From the NCBI GenBank assembly GCA_965246885.1, contig OZ251992.1, positions 3,104,001-3,168,000 of the forward strand: a stretch of 64,000 nt of DNA, written 5' to 3'. The position numbers were made by a program, and so were the translations under genes. Positions 60,887-64,000 of this stretch are shown here, in pieces. Position 1 is the stretch's first letter; the number at the start of each line of letters is the position of its first letter. The DNA is from Abditibacterium sp. GTDB taxonomy: Bacteria > Armatimonadota > Abditibacteriia > Abditibacteriales > Abditibacteriaceae. Below the pieces are notes generated by a model, which was given only the letters and a program-made list of their open reading frames with translations, made no database searches and was not told the DNA's origin.

Positions 60887-62878
60887 TTATCGGCTCCGCA
60901 AATACTGTGCCCGCGACGCGTAATACGTGCCTCCGTTGTAGTTCACGCCATCATTGAGGCGCAACCCTAAGCGCGCGTTTTGCGGGATAACGGCTTCGGC
61001 TACGCGCGTCTTGTCGTTCTTCTGGCCATACAGGTAGCCGCCGAGCGCGCCAAGGGCGGCAGGAAGCACGCCGTTCTTGCCCAGCACCCGCCCAATGGCA
61101 AAGCCCGCAACGGCGCCGATGCCAATGACCTTGGCGCGGTTGTTGGACGAAGCGCGCCGCGTGGCGACCAAGCGGCCTCCGCGCGGTTGCACACCCTGAT
61201 CGTCCAAGGAGATTAGTTCTGCGCGAAGCGGCACGCGCTCGCCAGTCGGAAGAAGCGCGGTGCGAAAATCGAAGTCGAGTACGCCCGGTTGGTCGCCTTG
61301 GCGTGGGCGGGCCTCGATGACCTCTCCCAAAATGCGCGTTCCGGCAGGAAACTCGGAGTCGCCCATGCGCTGCGAGTCAATGGAAGCCGTTACCCCGTCG
61401 CCCACGTGCGCTGTCGCGCTGGAGATGCGCTGGTCTATGCGCACCGGAATCACCGCACCAGAGGGAACGGAAATGCGTTGCGCAAAGCCGTCGCGGTTGT
61501 CGTTGCCAAAGTAATCGTTTGTGGTGTCGGGAGTCCCGCCCAACGTGGCGTCGGGGGCATCGTTGGGAAGCGGCGCATTGTCACGGTTCCCGTTGGAAAA
61601 GCCGCCGTTGAAGGTGTCATCCGGCGCGGGCGCCCGATAATCGTCGGCAGAGATCGAGTTATCGTCGGCGGGCGCGGGCAAACGGTCGGCGACGGAGTAA
61701 CCGGGGTATTGGTCGCGCGGGGTCGCGTCTATGCGGGTATCATACCCGTAGTCGCGGGGGTTAAAGCGGGAGTCGTTGTTTCCCAAAAACGCTTGACGAA
61801 CTTGGGCATAGCCATCGGTGTCGCGGAAACGGACGGGATCGAGCAACCTCACGCCCAGCGTGGTGTTGGCCGCGAGGCGGGCGTCCTCGGCGCGGCGGTC
61901 GCGGGCGCGGCCAAACAGGTAGCCGCCTCCAGCACCCAAGATGGTTGAGAACGTCGAGTTGGTGCCGAGCACCTTACCCAGCACAAAGCCCGCGCCTGCG
62001 CCAATGCCGACCACCTTCAGCGTGTCGTTCTTACGTCCACCTCTGGCGACCAAGCGGCCACCGCGCTGCGAGACGCCCTTCTGGTCGAGCGAGGTTAACT
62101 CTCCCCGCAAGGGAACGCGGCTCCCATCCGGCAGGATCGCGGTCTGAAAGCGCAGGTCGAGCACACCCGGTTGGTTGCGCTCGGACGGGCGCGCTTCGAC
62201 GATCATTCCTTCCAACTTCGTTCCCGCTGGAAACTCAGAATCGCCCAACTGGTGCGAAACCACCGTCGCCGTGAAGCGCCCGCCCACCCGCGAACTGCTG
62301 GAGGACAGCGCCCTATCGAGTTGGACGGGCACAACCGAATCGGCGGGAACGGAAATGCGGCGGATGTTGCGGTCGCGCAGTTGGGCGTCCGACTGCGTGG
62401 GAGCGGTGTAGATGGGAGAATCGGCGACCTGCGACTGTGCGGCAAAGGACGCCGACTTCTGGATGGAAACGAGTTGCAGGGGGGCGTTGTAATCCACCGT
62501 CGCGCCCGTCGCTTCGGCCACAAAGCGCAGGGGAACAAAAGCGCGCCCTCCCACCAATCGCGCGGGCTGGTCGAGCCGCACATTGCGCCCGTTAACGAGA
62601 GCGATGCTGTTATCCACGCCCAACGCAATTTGTGTAGTCGCGCTTTGCGCGACGATGGACTGCGCGACCGGGTTCCAGTTCACGCCCAAACCGAGCGACT
62701 CAAACACATCGCGCAGGGGAAGCAACGTGCGCCCGCCCACTTGGAGCGGCGCGGCGGACAAGGCGAGCGGTTGCCCATTGAGACGCACTGCTAAAGCGCC
62801 GCTTTGGGCGAACGAAGGGGCGGCGACGGTGGCGAGGAGCGCCCCGGCCAGCAAGCGAGAGGAAACTTGGGTTTTCAT
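60887..62878 (-). CDS. Secreted protein: copper amine oxidase N-terminal (stalk) domain + two VirB10/TrbI-like glycine-zipper domains
   Basis: Signal peptide; GRTLLPLR, GRAFVPLRFVAE; duplicated ~175-aa domain (GDSEFPAGT, QPGVLD, GIGA.AG..LG). Confidence 0.75.
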   Translation of the reverse strand: MKTQVSSRLLAGALLATVAAPSFAQSGALAVRLNGQPLALSAAPLQVGGRTLLPLRDVFESLGLGVNWNPVAQSIVAQSATTQIALGVDNSIALVNGRNVRLDQPARLVGGRAFVPLRFVAEATGATVDYNAPLQLVSIQKSASFAAQSQVADSPIYTAPTQSDAQLRDRNIRRISVPADSVVPVQLDRALSSSSSRVGGRFTATVVSHQLGDSEFPAGTKLEGMIVEARPSERNQPGVLDLRFQTAILPDGSRVPLRGELTSLDQKGVSQRGGRLVARGGRKNDTLKVVGIGAGAGFVLGKVLGTNSTFSTILGAGGGYLFGRARDRRAEDARLAANTTLGVRLLDPVRFRDTDGYAQVRQAFLGNNDSRFNPRDYGYDTRIDATPRDQYPGYSVADRLPAPADDNSISADDYRAPAPDDTFNGGFSNGNRDNAPLPNDAPDATLGGTPDTTNDYFGNDNRDGFAQRISVPSGAVIPVRIDQRISSATAHVGDGVTASIDSQRMGDSEFPAGTRILGEVIEARPRQGDQPGVLDFDFRTALLPTGERVPLRAELISLDDQGVQPRGGRLVATRRASSNNRAKVIGIGAVAGFAIGRVLGKNGVLPAALGALGGYLYGQKNDKTRVAEAVIPQNARLGLRLNDGVNYNGGTYYASRAQYLRSR

Positions 62879-63016
62879 GGTGTTGGTTCTATCTTGTGCG
62901 CGCTAAAGCGGGCAAGTCGAAGGTAACGCCGCAGACGCCATGCCACCCCCCTCGGTTCAATCGCGCAGGTGTAAAAAAGCGGACGGGGACGTGAAGAACT
63001 CTCACGCTTCCACCCC

Positions 63017-63847
63017 TCATATAATTTCCCCTACCGGGTCGTAGCCCGCGCGCACAAACTCGCGCGTCGTGGTGCGCGAGGGGCGCGTGGCGAAGTCGCG
63101 GTATTCCCGCGCGGCATGGAGGAACAAGCACCCCAACAGCGGGAGCTTGGCTTGCATCGCTTCCACCACTTCGGTTTGCGTGAGCGGTTGCTCCAAAATG
63201 CCCGCCGCGAAGTTGGTTACGATGGAAACCCCGGCATACGAAATCTCCGCTTCGCGCGCGAGGGTCGCTTCCGTCGTGCCCGTCATGCCGACCACGTCGG
63301 CGCCCAAAGTGCGCAGCATCCGTATCTCTGCCGCCGTTTCAAAGCGCGGGCCGTCCATCCCCGCGTACACGCCGCCATCTTCGAGCGCGATGCCCTGCGC
63401 CCGCGCCGCTTCGAGGAGCATGTGCCGCATTTCGGCGCAGTATGGATGGGTCGCGTCTATGTGAACCGCGCGCTCGTCGAAGAAGGTGCGCGGGCGGTTG
63501 GTCGTCAAATCCAGAAAATCGCTCAGACAAACGAGCGTTCCCGGCGCCCACTGCGGACGGACGGAGCCAACGGCGCTGGACGCAAAAATGCCCGTCGCGC
63601 CGAGGGTTTTGAGCGCCGCCATTTGAGCGCGATAATTGATGCGGTGCGGCGGCACGTCGGTTTGCGTCGGGTCGTCGGGGCGCGCGTGACGGTGCAAAAA
63701 GACGATGTCGCGTCCGTCTAAGCGCGCGCGGGTGACATGCGCCTTCCCAAAACGGGTTTCGACTACCTCCTCACGCGCCTGCGAAAACGGCGACCCCGCT
63801 CCGCGCAGGTCAAAGCCCGTCCCACCCACCATTGCCAAAAGTGACAT
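63017..63847 (-). CDS. mtnP: MTAP-family purine nucleoside phosphorylase
   Basis: GGTG, TRFG, RH, PH.INYRA, SAVGS, GPRFETAAE, VVGMT..TE..LARE, VTNFAAG. Confidence 0.9.
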   Translation of the reverse strand: MSLLAMVGGTGFDLRGAGSPFSQAREEVVETRFGKAHVTRARLDGRDIVFLHRHARPDDPTQTDVPPHRINYRAQMAALKTLGATGIFASSAVGSVRPQWAPGTLVCLSDFLDLTTNRPRTFFDERAVHIDATHPYCAEMRHMLLEAARAQGIALEDGGVYAGMDGPRFETAAEIRMLRTLGADVVGMTGTTEATLAREAEISYAGVSIVTNFAAGILEQPLTQTEVVEAMQAKLPLLGCLFLHAAREYRDFATRPSRTTTREFVRAGYDPVGEII

Positions 63848-64000
63848 CCCTCCCAGTTTGGGCGCTCCGCCCCGTCAAGCGCTTCGGGGCGCGCGTACAA
63901 AGGTGCACAAGAACGCGGAAAATTCGCGCGCGTGGGGAACGGCACTTTCGGGTCGTGCGTCGCTTAAGCGGTCAAGAACTGAAAAGGGGTGCTTATCACT

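Overview
GC-rich bacterial chromosome segment; gene style is tentatively Armatimonadota/Abditibacteriota-like, which is not verified. Housekeeping genes occupy both flanks: glf, CysJ-like reductase, arsC, trxB, ndh, CHASE2 cyclase + FecR, yebC-prsA-mazG-nif3, queG, dxr-rseP-ispG, uppP and MTAP. A defence island of about 20 kb (19.9-40.2 kb) lies directly downstream of tRNA-Leu(CAA). It holds (i) a complete type I-B-like cas operon (cas6-cas8-cas7-cas5-cas3-cas4-cas1-cas2) with a very divergent Cas8 and a tiny CRISPR array scrambled by repeat- and spacer-derived duplications, and (ii) a BREX-related SNF2-DUF3883 helicase / DUF1156 methyltransferase / HEPN-DUF499 ATPase system. The methyltransferase is frameshifted exactly at a C13 tract, which is a candidate phase-variable switch in the OFF state. 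Other notable features: five separate ~21-bp-period tandem arrays, a perfect 45-bp REPIN-like inverted repeat, several apparent pseudoenzymes (PFK, receiver domain, kinase), an FHA / pseudokinase-PP2C / vWA module, and a toxin-antitoxin pair inserted in the CP-ATP-grasp / alpha-E / transglutaminase operon. All calls come from reading motifs by eye; no database searches were run.
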